This document shows positions 36,102 through 44,612 of a stretch of DNA of 64,000 nt, piece by piece. Origin of the DNA: an uncultured Chitinophaga sp. (GTDB lineage: Bacteria; Bacteroidota; Bacteroidia; Chitinophagales; LD1); the NCBI GenBank assembly GCA_964615305.1, contig CAZTNA010000011.1:13023-77022 (forward strand), in the 5' to 3' direction. A model generated the notes under the pieces. It did no database searches. It was not told the DNA's origin and saw only the letters and a program-made list of their open reading frames with translations. The translations under genes and the position numbers were made by a program. How positions within the stretch are numbered: the stretch's first letter is position 1; each line of letters opens with the position of its first letter.

Positions 36102-36995
36102 CTAGTGAACTTCTTGAAGATAATTGTGTAGTAACTCAAAAATCAGTTCCATACCCTTGTAGTTTATTTTGTCTTCGGTGTCGCTAATACGGTGGTAGTC
36201 GTCATGTATGCCGGTGGTAATGTGCAGCACCGGAATGCCTTTTTCAGCAAAAGGTTTTAAGTCACCGAGTTGAATATTTTCATCATCAAAGCGAAAATGC
36301 AAGTGTTTGTTTTGTTGCTTGCGGTAAAACGAAAGGAAAAGCGAATCGGTTGTTGCTCCGCCTACGCGCAGTGTTTTAGAGGTGGCATCTAAACGGCCAA
36401 CCATATCCATATTAATTACAGCCCGCACTTTAAGTAAATTGAAGAAATGACTTTGGGCAAAATAACCGGAACCATAAAGCCCTTCTTCATGCCCGCTGTA
36501 AGCGGCAAACAAAAAATTATACTTCAGTTTTTTGTTTTTGGAAAGGTTCTTTGCCAATTCAAGAAGCATAGCTACACCACTGGCGTTGTCATCAGCACCG
36601 TGGTGAATTCCTTTTTTTAGAATTTCTTTCGACTTGCCGTTTCCGTAGCCCAGATGGTCGTAATGAGCCGAAATAATAACGGTGCTGTCTTTTTTAAAAT
36701 CAAGAAAGCCAAAAACATTGAGTGCTGAATCTTTTTCGAACGGAAATTTTTGAAAAGTGATGGTGCAGTTAGCCGCGCTTAATTTTTGTGCTATGTAAGC
36801 AGCCGCTTTTTTTTCGTCATCGGTGGCGGGTGCGCGCCCATGTAGCGTATCGGAAGCCAGGAAAAGAATGTGTGGCTTAAAGTGCTGTGACTGTACATGG
36901 CATACACAACACAACGCGTACAAGACACAGAAAGTAAATCGTACAAAAAGATGACGAGGATGTTTCACGGTGTGAAAGGATAAAAACCCTGCCAT
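36102..36995 (-). CDS. M28 family metallopeptidase (aminopeptidase-like)
   Basis: AHYDHLG, HHGADDNASGVAMLLELA, GHEEGLYGS and a late DDYHRISD block. The true start may be GTG 36968, because ATG 36995 sits in a terminator loop. Confidence 0.8.
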   Translation of the reverse strand: MAGFLSFHTVKHPRHLFVRFTFCVLYALCCVCHVQSQHFKPHILFLASDTLHGRAPATDDEKKAAAYIAQKLSAANCTITFQKFPFEKDSALNVFGFLDFKKDSTVIISAHYDHLGYGNGKSKEILKKGIHHGADDNASGVAMLLELAKNLSKNKKLKYNFLFAAYSGHEEGLYGSGYFAQSHFFNLLKVRAVINMDMVGRLDATSKTLRVGGATTDSLFLSFYRKQQNKHLHFRFDDENIQLGDLKPFAEKGIPVLHITTGIHDDYHRISDTEDKINYKGMELIFELLHNYLQEVH

Positions 36996-37010
36996 GTTTT
37001 GGCAGGGTTT
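36984..37010 (-). terminator. Rho-independent terminator for the 1297-aa gene (minus strand)
   Basis: AAACCCTGCCA / TGGCAGGGTTT arms with a short loop. On the minus strand the hairpin is followed by TTTTTAT. Confidence 0.6.
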
Positions 37011-37029
37011 TTAAATGTGCTGCACCTAC

Positions 37030-40000
37030 TTATTTCTTTTGAAGATTTTCACCTTCCAGCGAAATTGATTTTTCAACCGGTGGCGGGCCTTGCGGACCAA
37101 CCGGGTGAATTTCAGGATGAGTTACCGAATTAGCTTTCATAGCCGCAGCGGCTTTTTCCTGTGCACCATCTGACTTTAATTTTTCTACAGATTCTTTTGC
37201 CAGGCGGGTTACTTCCGCTGCACTGGCTTTTGCCTTAGCTTGTTCAGTTTCCATGCGAGCCATTTCAGCAGCCTTTTCCGCAGAGCGGTCTTTTTCAGGT
37301 GCCTTATCAAAACGTACTTCTGTACCATCCCACCAAATTGGTGTGGCTGAATGTTCTTTATCGTTTTCGTTAAACAATACACCTTTCATATTCTTGTCGA
37401 AGTCTTTGCCGGCAATTGAAGCAGGTAACTTAGCTTGCTCAGTTGCATCGGTACGCTTGCCTACCGCAATCCAGCTAAACCCTACCTGCGCAGCATTATC
37501 GCTGGCTACAGTAAAACCTTCGCGGCTTACATTCTTAATGTAAATATTTGCTGATGCACCTACCGGTGATACAGTAACACGCGGCTTAGCACCCAGCAGT
37601 TTAGCATAGCTACTTTCAAAAGGCACAAATACACTTGTTCCTTTTAACGCACCTTCGCCATCAGCGTATACTTTCAAGTCGGTTGAAGTAAGATTGTAGG
37701 CCGGCATGCGCTCTTCGCCAACCGTAACTATATCGGCTGAATAACCACTGGTATACTGATTGCCCAGATTGTAATTAGCAAACAGTTCACCGCAGCTAAC
37801 TGTTCCCATCACCTCACCGCGACTCCATGAGCCAATCATACCGCCAAAGAAAGCACCACCTGTACCTTGCAGTTCGTTGTTCTGTGCAAATCCTCCACCT
37901 GAAGCATAACCTGAGCTACCATATACTCCATTAAAACCTGAACCACTGTTTTTATAACCCAAGCTACCCCATGCACTAGTGCCTGAAACACTTCCTAAAA
38001 CCCCTCCTGTTCTGTTAAAGTCCCCAAAACTGGCTCCATGAACTCCAAAAGTGTATATATCACCCCAATAGTTGTATCCAATCATAGCATTATTGGTCGC
38101 ATAGATTCCGTATCCGGTACCATTATTTTGGTTATCGCGGGTTCTAAATGCCCATATACTACCCTGCCCATCGCCATTAGCAGTAAGTTGGTTTTGATAT
38201 GCATACAGCATAGATATAGTTGTTGGACCAGTTCCAATACCGGTATTACCGTTTGCCCAAATCTGGAATACATCTGCACCGCCACCATTACCAACACGAA
38301 CTGTGGAAGTATTGCCCGTAGTTCCATTATCCCAGTTAAATATGTTAGCATAACCGGCATTAGAGTTCAAATGAAGGTTAGGTGTATGGCGAATAACATT
38401 ATTAGGGGCGCAGTTACCTTGTATGCAAGGAACAACTCCGGAAATACGGAGGTTATCATTCACTTGTAAATCTCCCCCAAAGTTACCCCCGTCATTGCTG
38501 GTTCCTCCACGCAGTTTCATGTCCGCTTCGGCATACACAGTACCGCCATTGAAATAGGCACCGCCCGGACATATGTAATAAGAAGATGCGGTAATGTAAG
38601 GGTTAGCTGCATCAAAACGTATATTGCCGGCACTGGTTGAGCCACTGGTAACCTGTAGTGACGAACTATTGTAAAGAGTCATCAGATTAGCACTCGGTGA
38701 ATAAATACCCGAACCGGTGGCTTCATTATACAAGCCGTTACCAGCTGCAGTATTTCTAAACCAACCGGTGGTGTATGTTTCTCTGGCTATTAAGTTTTCG
38801 TAGCCACTACCCGGGTTATCGCGTATGGCTATTCTTCCGCTTGACTCAATGGCAATGTTAGATGCTACTACACCGCCCCAGTGAAAACCTAAGTGCGGAG
38901 GGGTGGCTGAACCATTTCCCGTCCAGTTAGATTCGCGAAGTTCTAAAGATGCTGCGGTATATGCCGTAGAAGTAGAAGAGGATGCTATTTGCCAATCACC
39001 AATACCGTTGTTTGGTATCCATGTTCCAGTAGCGTTTAGAAAAGTAGCTATGGCTGCCGCAGTGGCTGTGCGGTGGAAGTTGTCGCCCGCTTTTACCATT
39101 ATGCCGGTAACACCGCTTGTTACTGCATTGTCAGTAGTATAGATATAATCGGTACCTATATAACCTGAAGGTACGTGTAATGAGAACCCTGGGTTAACGG
39201 TTCCTATACCTACTCGGCCATTGTCATCAAACCAAACGGATGGTCCGGCATTGTTGCCATTGGCATAATACCGCCAAAATGCAAGACCGTTACCATATCC
39301 GGCAGTCATATTCCATAAGCGCCAGTCTAATGTGGTGGCCCCTGTTTTGGTGGGGTTTACTAAGGCTAAATTTCCGCCTTCGGGGGTTGCGCCTTCGGCA
39401 ATAATAGTTCCGCCTACACTGCGTATGGTGCCTCCTACATCTAATTTATAGCTTGGGTTTGTGTTGTTAATGCCGGTGTTGCCGTTTGGCAATATTACCA
39501 TACCAAAATTACCGGTAGCATCTCCTGTTCCGTTAACGCTAAACCAAAGACTGCCATCACCATTGTTGCCAATCATAGAAGTTTTGTTTGGTGTGGTGGC
39601 AAAGAACCTTAGTGACGGATAATCCGTGCTGGTAAGGCGTAGGTTATTTCTCCACCCGCCATACCAGTTTACACTGGTATTAACATCAAGTACCGCTCCG
39701 GGTCCTGTGGTTCCAATGCCTACATTCCCACTGCCCGAAAAAGAAAGATTCTGTGAGTTGAGGGCAACATCGGTATTGGTGCTGAGTGTTCCGCCCAATT
39801 TAATATCGGGGGTATTGCCTCCGGTGCTGTTAAGTCCGTTGCTGGCGGTAACGGCTGTTACGGTGCCTCCGCTGTTATTGTCGGTTGAGTTGATGGTAAA
39901 CGTATTACCGCTGCGGCTGACCGTAGTGGCTCCTGTGCCTTGTAAGGTGATGGTGCCGCCTCCCGCTCCTCCGGCTTGGGTTAGGTTGATGTCGCTAGTG

Positions 40001-40923
40001 CCGCTACCGGCTAAGGTTTGGGCTTCGTTCGTTACGCTGCCATCCACCTCGGTGCCGGTTACTGTAAAGTTAGGGTAGGTGCCGCTTACCGAGTTGATGC
40101 CTGCGCCTGTTATGCTCACTGTTTGGTCGGGGGCGGTGTTTACTAAGTTAAGGGTGCCTCCTAAAGCTACGTTTCCCCCACCGCTTAAGCCCGTGCCTGT
40201 GTTAATAGTTACGCTGCTGTTTTGCAGGTTGGCATTGGGTAGTTGTGCCCATGCCGGGTTGCCGGATCCGTCTGTTACCCACGCCTGGTTGGCGTTTAAG
40301 CCCGTAGGGCCGGGTACTATCCCTTTTTGATTAAGGGCATTGGTGGTTACATCTAACACTACATTGCCTCCGCCTATTACCTGGTTAGCTCCGTTTACTA
40401 CTGTAACTGCCGAGCCTGTGCCGGGTACTATATCTTTGGTTACTAAGTTGGCTGCCGATACTTTGTAGTTTTGGTTGGCTGTAACAAACCACCGTTGGGC
40501 CGTTTTGTTATACTGCAGGGTAATGCTCGAATTGCCCGCTATGCTTTCAAAATCTCCGCCCGTTAATGTGGATATAGAGTTAGCCGGTGTGCCCGATGCG
40601 TTGTTTTTTATGGTCATTACCTGGCTGGTGGTGTTTACCAAAGTGAGCATTTGACCATCGGCTCCGCTGGGTGGCACTAAGCCCAAAATGCTGAATGCGG
40701 CAGTAGGGCCCGATATGCGGTAGAAACTGTAGTTGCCGGTAAGGGCTATGTTGTCGTTATTGCCGTTTACCAGCGCAAGGGCAGCGCCTTCTCTAAGCGA
40801 AATGCTGCCGTCTATGTCTAATTTGCTCTTAGGGTCGTTGGTGCCTATACCTACATTGCTTTGCGCTATAAGCGAAGCTGAAAAAAGGATAGTGGCAGTG
40901 GTGGAGAGGAGAAGTTTTTTCAT
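37030..40923 (-). CDS. 1297-aa secreted tail-fibre-like surface protein (Gly/Asn/Thr-rich beta repeats, C-terminal Ala/Lys/Glu helical tail)
   Basis: Signal peptide MKKLLLSTTATILFSASLIAQ. The motif (N)VGIGT..P...L(D/H)V recurs 5 times (NVGIGTNDPKSKLDIDG, NVGIGTTGPGAVLDVN, RVGIGTVNPGFSLHV and others). There is no T9SS CTD. Confidence 0.7.
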   Translation of the reverse strand: MKKLLLSTTATILFSASLIAQSNVGIGTNDPKSKLDIDGSISLREGAALALVNGNNDNIALTGNYSFYRISGPTAAFSILGLVPPSGADGQMLTLVNTTSQVMTIKNNASGTPANSISTLTGGDFESIAGNSSITLQYNKTAQRWFVTANQNYKVSAANLVTKDIVPGTGSAVTVVNGANQVIGGGNVVLDVTTNALNQKGIVPGPTGLNANQAWVTDGSGNPAWAQLPNANLQNSSVTINTGTGLSGGGNVALGGTLNLVNTAPDQTVSITGAGINSVSGTYPNFTVTGTEVDGSVTNEAQTLAGSGTSDINLTQAGGAGGGTITLQGTGATTVSRSGNTFTINSTDNNSGGTVTAVTASNGLNSTGGNTPDIKLGGTLSTNTDVALNSQNLSFSGSGNVGIGTTGPGAVLDVNTSVNWYGGWRNNLRLTSTDYPSLRFFATTPNKTSMIGNNGDGSLWFSVNGTGDATGNFGMVILPNGNTGINNTNPSYKLDVGGTIRSVGGTIIAEGATPEGGNLALVNPTKTGATTLDWRLWNMTAGYGNGLAFWRYYANGNNAGPSVWFDDNGRVGIGTVNPGFSLHVPSGYIGTDYIYTTDNAVTSGVTGIMVKAGDNFHRTATAAAIATFLNATGTWIPNNGIGDWQIASSSTSTAYTAASLELRESNWTGNGSATPPHLGFHWGGVVASNIAIESSGRIAIRDNPGSGYENLIARETYTTGWFRNTAAGNGLYNEATGSGIYSPSANLMTLYNSSSLQVTSGSTSAGNIRFDAANPYITASSYYICPGGAYFNGGTVYAEADMKLRGGTSNDGGNFGGDLQVNDNLRISGVVPCIQGNCAPNNVIRHTPNLHLNSNAGYANIFNWDNGTTGNTSTVRVGNGGGADVFQIWANGNTGIGTGPTTISMLYAYQNQLTANGDGQGSIWAFRTRDNQNNGTGYGIYATNNAMIGYNYWGDIYTFGVHGASFGDFNRTGGVLGSVSGTSAWGSLGYKNSGSGFNGVYGSSGYASGGGFAQNNELQGTGGAFFGGMIGSWSRGEVMGTVSCGELFANYNLGNQYTSGYSADIVTVGEERMPAYNLTSTDLKVYADGEGALKGTSVFVPFESSYAKLLGAKPRVTVSPVGASANIYIKNVSREGFTVASDNAAQVGFSWIAVGKRTDATEQAKLPASIAGKDFDKNMKGVLFNENDKEHSATPIWWDGTEVRFDKAPEKDRSAEKAAEMARMETEQAKAKASAAEVTRLAKESVEKLKSDGAQEKAAAAMKANSVTHPEIHPVGPQGPPPVEKSISLEGENLQKK

Positions 40924-41359
40924 GCGTTACAGATATTTGGGGGACAATGATACAAAGATTGAACCAAGCAGCAATTATGGTTTCGCTCTCCTCGTAACTT
41001 ACACAACAAGGCAGTAAGCCGATGCCTGAAAACGTGCAGCAAATAGTACGGGTGGTGTATTTTAATTAGACGGTTGCACTTTTTAAAGCAGAAGTTGTAT
41101 GGTTATAGAAGCGTTGGGATTCTTTTTTTGTGTTGTAGTCTTTGAGGTTGCTGAAAAAAAATGAAATAAGGATATGGGTATGCCTTCGTTAATCGTTTCC
41201 AAACATTAATCCCGAATAGCGAATGAAGAAGATAATACTCGATGAACGAACCCGAAACTTCATACATAACCATAGAATGCCTTCTATACAACCATTTACC
41301 GCCAATCCTCGTTTATATTCAGCGACTTTTGTTTTTTGAGTTACATTCGCTGCCCGTTT

Positions 41360-44300
41360 ATGAAAACGCGACTAACAAAGTATTTTTTTCTTTTAGTGCT
41401 TCTGATATATGGTGCCGAAGCTAACGCATCGCACATAGTAGGGGGCGAACTGTACTACGACTGCCTGGGCGGCAACCAGTACCGCATAACGCTTAAACTA
41501 TACCGCGATTGTTACTGCACCAACTGCGCTGCTTTTGGTGACCCCGAATACCTCACTATTTTTAACGGCAACGGGGGGTTGTACACGCAACCCGGCATGT
41601 CGTTTCCGGGGGCGGTGCAGCTCACGTCAAGCGTTGCTAACCCCTGCCTGATAGAGCCCGATATTTGTGTAGAGCGCGCTGTTTATACTGCCACGGTTAC
41701 GCTGCCTACTTCTTTTAGCGGTTACAACATTGTGTACCAGCGCTGCTGCCGTAATAATGGCACGGCCAATGTACTGGTTGACCAGGGCGCTACCTATCAG
41801 GTGCATATACCCGGTAGTGGCGATGCCAACTGTAACAGCAGCCCGCGATTCAATAATTTTCCTCCGCTGTTTTTGTGCAACAATGCCCCTTTTGTGTTTG
41901 ACCACTCTGCCAGTGACCCCAATGGCGACCAGTTAGTGTACAGCCTGTGCGACCCTTACGATGGTGCTACCGCCACCTGCCCCGACCCCTCGCCCGCTGC
42001 CGCAGGTATAGGTTGCTCTACTTCGCCACCACCGCCCCCTTACAATGCCCTGCAATACAATTTTCCTTACAGCGCCTCTAACTTTTTAAATAACCCAAGC
42101 AGCGTTAACAACCTAAAGATAGATGCCAACACGGGTGTATTAACCGGCACTCCCAACAACATAGGTATGTTTGTGGTGGCGGTATGCGTAAGCGAATACC
42201 GCAACGGTGTTTTTTTAGGGCAAATGCGAAGAGACTTTCAATTCAATGTTGCGCCTTGTAATATACCTGTGGCGGGCATACCCAGCACCAATATTAATCC
42301 GCAAACAGGCGTAGGTACTTATTTGCTTACCTGCAAAAATTATACGGTAAACTTTACCAATACCAGTTACAATCCGCCACCTTCTTCGTTTCCTATTGCC
42401 TGGCATTGGGATTTTGGGGTAGCTGGTGCAAGCAACGACACCTCCAACGTATATGAACCCACCTTTACATACCCTGACACAGGAGCGTATCTGGTAACAC
42501 TCATAGCCAATAAAGATGCCGGTGGCGGCACCACCTGTATAGATACTACGTATGCTTATGTTTACATCTACCCTACTTTTGAAACAGATTTTGCAACAGC
42601 CGATGTTTGCGAAAATATAGCGGCTCAATTTACCGATCAAACCAATTCTACCCTCGACCCTTCGAATATGTGGCAGTGGAACTTTGGTGACGGCAATACT
42701 TCTACATCTCAAAATCCCACGCATCAGTATTCCGCACCCGGCACATACACCGTTGCTTTAATTGGCGGAAATGATTTGGGTTGCCGCGATACTGCCGTAA
42801 AAACCGTAACCATTTTCGATACCCCTACGGCCGATTTCAGCTTTGGCAATATTTGCTTAAACGAAAATTTCGGGTTTACCAATAACAGCACGGGCGATAT
42901 ACTTACCTATCACTGGAACTTAGGCGATGGCAACAATAGCACGCAGCAAACACCCTCGCATACCTACACCAGCACCGGCAGTTTTGACGTTACTCTTGTG
43001 CTCAACTCGCCCAACAACTGTGCTGATACAGTAACCAAAAGTGTAACCGTTCACCCTGTTCCCCTGGTTGCCAATAACGACACGGCCATTTGTCCGGGCA
43101 ATTCGGTGCAGCTGTATGCCAGCGGAGGTACCATCTACACCTGGAGCCCCGGCAACTATCTTAGCGACTCTACCATAGCCAATCCGATTTCAACACCTGT
43201 TGCTCCCAATGCTGTTACTTACAATGTTACTGCCACCAATCAGTTTAATTGCAGCGCTACCGATGTGGTTACTATTTCGTTTTTACCACCGCCCGCCATG
43301 TTTGTAAGCCCAGATACCTCGGTGTGTTTGAACGGTGCAAATTTTCGCGACAGTGTTCAACTAACCGCTTTAGGTGTAGCAAATTATTTATGGTCGCCTT
43401 CTTCTACTTTAAATGCCAACAATGTTTCAAACCCGGTGGCAAGGCCTGTAGCTAACACTACTTACACCGTTACGGGAACCGATGTAAACGGATGCCGTGC
43501 CGTTGATTCCGTAACTGTTTTTGTGCTTGACCCTAACCTGAACATTGTGTTAGATGATTTCAAAAACGTTTGCCTGAACGACACCACGTATGTAAACGTT
43601 ATTAATCAGGGGGCTTCGAATTATACATGGTCACCGCTGCAATATTTACTGAACCCTAACACTTACAGCCCGGGTTTTTACCCACCTGTAAATACTACCT
43701 ACACACTCACCGTTTCTAATTACTGTTATTCGAAGTCTGACTCGGTGCAAATTATCGTGTTGCCATTACCGGTGCTTTCGTTTACTCATCTCGACTCGAT
43801 TTGCTATGGCGATTCGCTGCAAATTGGGGTAAGCGGTGCTTTAACCTATGTGTGGGATTCCGACCCCACTCTTTCTGTTTTAAATATTCCGAACCCTTAT
43901 GCTTCACCTCTTACATCGCAGTATTACTACGCCACCGGCACAGATGTAAATGGATGCAAGGGCTACGATTCTACTTTTGTAAATGTGATTGCCCTGCCTT
44001 ATGTAAATGCCGGAAACGACACATTGATTTGGCGCGACACTCCGGCTTTTTTAGACGGCAGCACCAATGCAGATATTTACTACTGGGCCCCCGCCACCTA
44101 CCTGACTGACTACCGTCTGTTGCAAAACACAGCTGTAATACCCAAAACTCAAGCGTATGTTTTGTTGGCACAAAATGATTTTGGCTGCATTAACCGTGAT
44201 ACCATTTTAATAACCGTTGAGCCTATAACTTTGGTTATGTTACCCACCGCTTTTTCGCCCAATGGCGATGGAGTAAATGATGTATTTCGGATTGTGCGCC

Positions 44301-44506
44301 ACCTCAACATTTATTCTTTAAAAGAGTTTTCGGTTTACAACCGATGGGGCGAAAAAATATTTGCCACTACCAACCTGAACGAAGGTTGGGACGGCACCTA
44401 CAAAGGCAAAGAGCAAGAGATAAGCACCTACGTTTGGCAAGTGGTGGCCGTAAGCAAAGACAACGAAGAGATAGTGCGCAAAGGCAATGTAACTTTAGTG
44501 CGGTAG
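41360..44506 (+). CDS. T9SS type B sorting domain (gliding motility-associated C-terminal domain) protein with PKD domains
   Basis: Start taken at MKTRLTKYFFLL (41360). SHIVGGELYYDC..YRITLKLYRDC is the N-terminal domain. PKD blocks: FGDGNTSTSQNPTHQY and LGDGNNSTQQTPSHTY. C-terminus: PTAFSPNGDGVNDVFRI..YNRWGEKIF..GWDGTYKGK. Confidence 0.9.
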   Translation: MKTRLTKYFFLLVLLIYGAEANASHIVGGELYYDCLGGNQYRITLKLYRDCYCTNCAAFGDPEYLTIFNGNGGLYTQPGMSFPGAVQLTSSVANPCLIEPDICVERAVYTATVTLPTSFSGYNIVYQRCCRNNGTANVLVDQGATYQVHIPGSGDANCNSSPRFNNFPPLFLCNNAPFVFDHSASDPNGDQLVYSLCDPYDGATATCPDPSPAAAGIGCSTSPPPPPYNALQYNFPYSASNFLNNPSSVNNLKIDANTGVLTGTPNNIGMFVVAVCVSEYRNGVFLGQMRRDFQFNVAPCNIPVAGIPSTNINPQTGVGTYLLTCKNYTVNFTNTSYNPPPSSFPIAWHWDFGVAGASNDTSNVYEPTFTYPDTGAYLVTLIANKDAGGGTTCIDTTYAYVYIYPTFETDFATADVCENIAAQFTDQTNSTLDPSNMWQWNFGDGNTSTSQNPTHQYSAPGTYTVALIGGNDLGCRDTAVKTVTIFDTPTADFSFGNICLNENFGFTNNSTGDILTYHWNLGDGNNSTQQTPSHTYTSTGSFDVTLVLNSPNNCADTVTKSVTVHPVPLVANNDTAICPGNSVQLYASGGTIYTWSPGNYLSDSTIANPISTPVAPNAVTYNVTATNQFNCSATDVVTISFLPPPAMFVSPDTSVCLNGANFRDSVQLTALGVANYLWSPSSTLNANNVSNPVARPVANTTYTVTGTDVNGCRAVDSVTVFVLDPNLNIVLDDFKNVCLNDTTYVNVINQGASNYTWSPLQYLLNPNTYSPGFYPPVNTTYTLTVSNYCYSKSDSVQIIVLPLPVLSFTHLDSICYGDSLQIGVSGALTYVWDSDPTLSVLNIPNPYASPLTSQYYYATGTDVNGCKGYDSTFVNVIALPYVNAGNDTLIWRDTPAFLDGSTNADIYYWAPATYLTDYRLLQNTAVIPKTQAYVLLAQNDFGCINRDTILITVEPITLVMLPTAFSPNGDGVNDVFRIVRHLNIYSLKEFSVYNRWGEKIFATTNLNEGWDGTYKGKEQEISTYVWQVVAVSKDNEEIVRKGNVTLVR

Positions 44507-44612
44507 GCCATTTTGTTTAACCGGCAAACAACTTGTGGTAAACAGTATTTCATTTACCTGTCGTTTATCAATTGTTAGTAATTTTTACTTTTGAATACAA
44601 ACCTATTTTGTA

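Noticed and set aside
37253-40330. Several + strand ORFs (96-150 aa, Pro/Val/Leu-rich) inside the 1297-aa gene, plus similar antisense ORFs inside the M4, T9SS and patatin genes
   Set aside because: These are shadow ORFs typical of repeat-rich, GC-skewed coding DNA. The opposite strand carries long coherent proteins with signal peptides and sorting domains.
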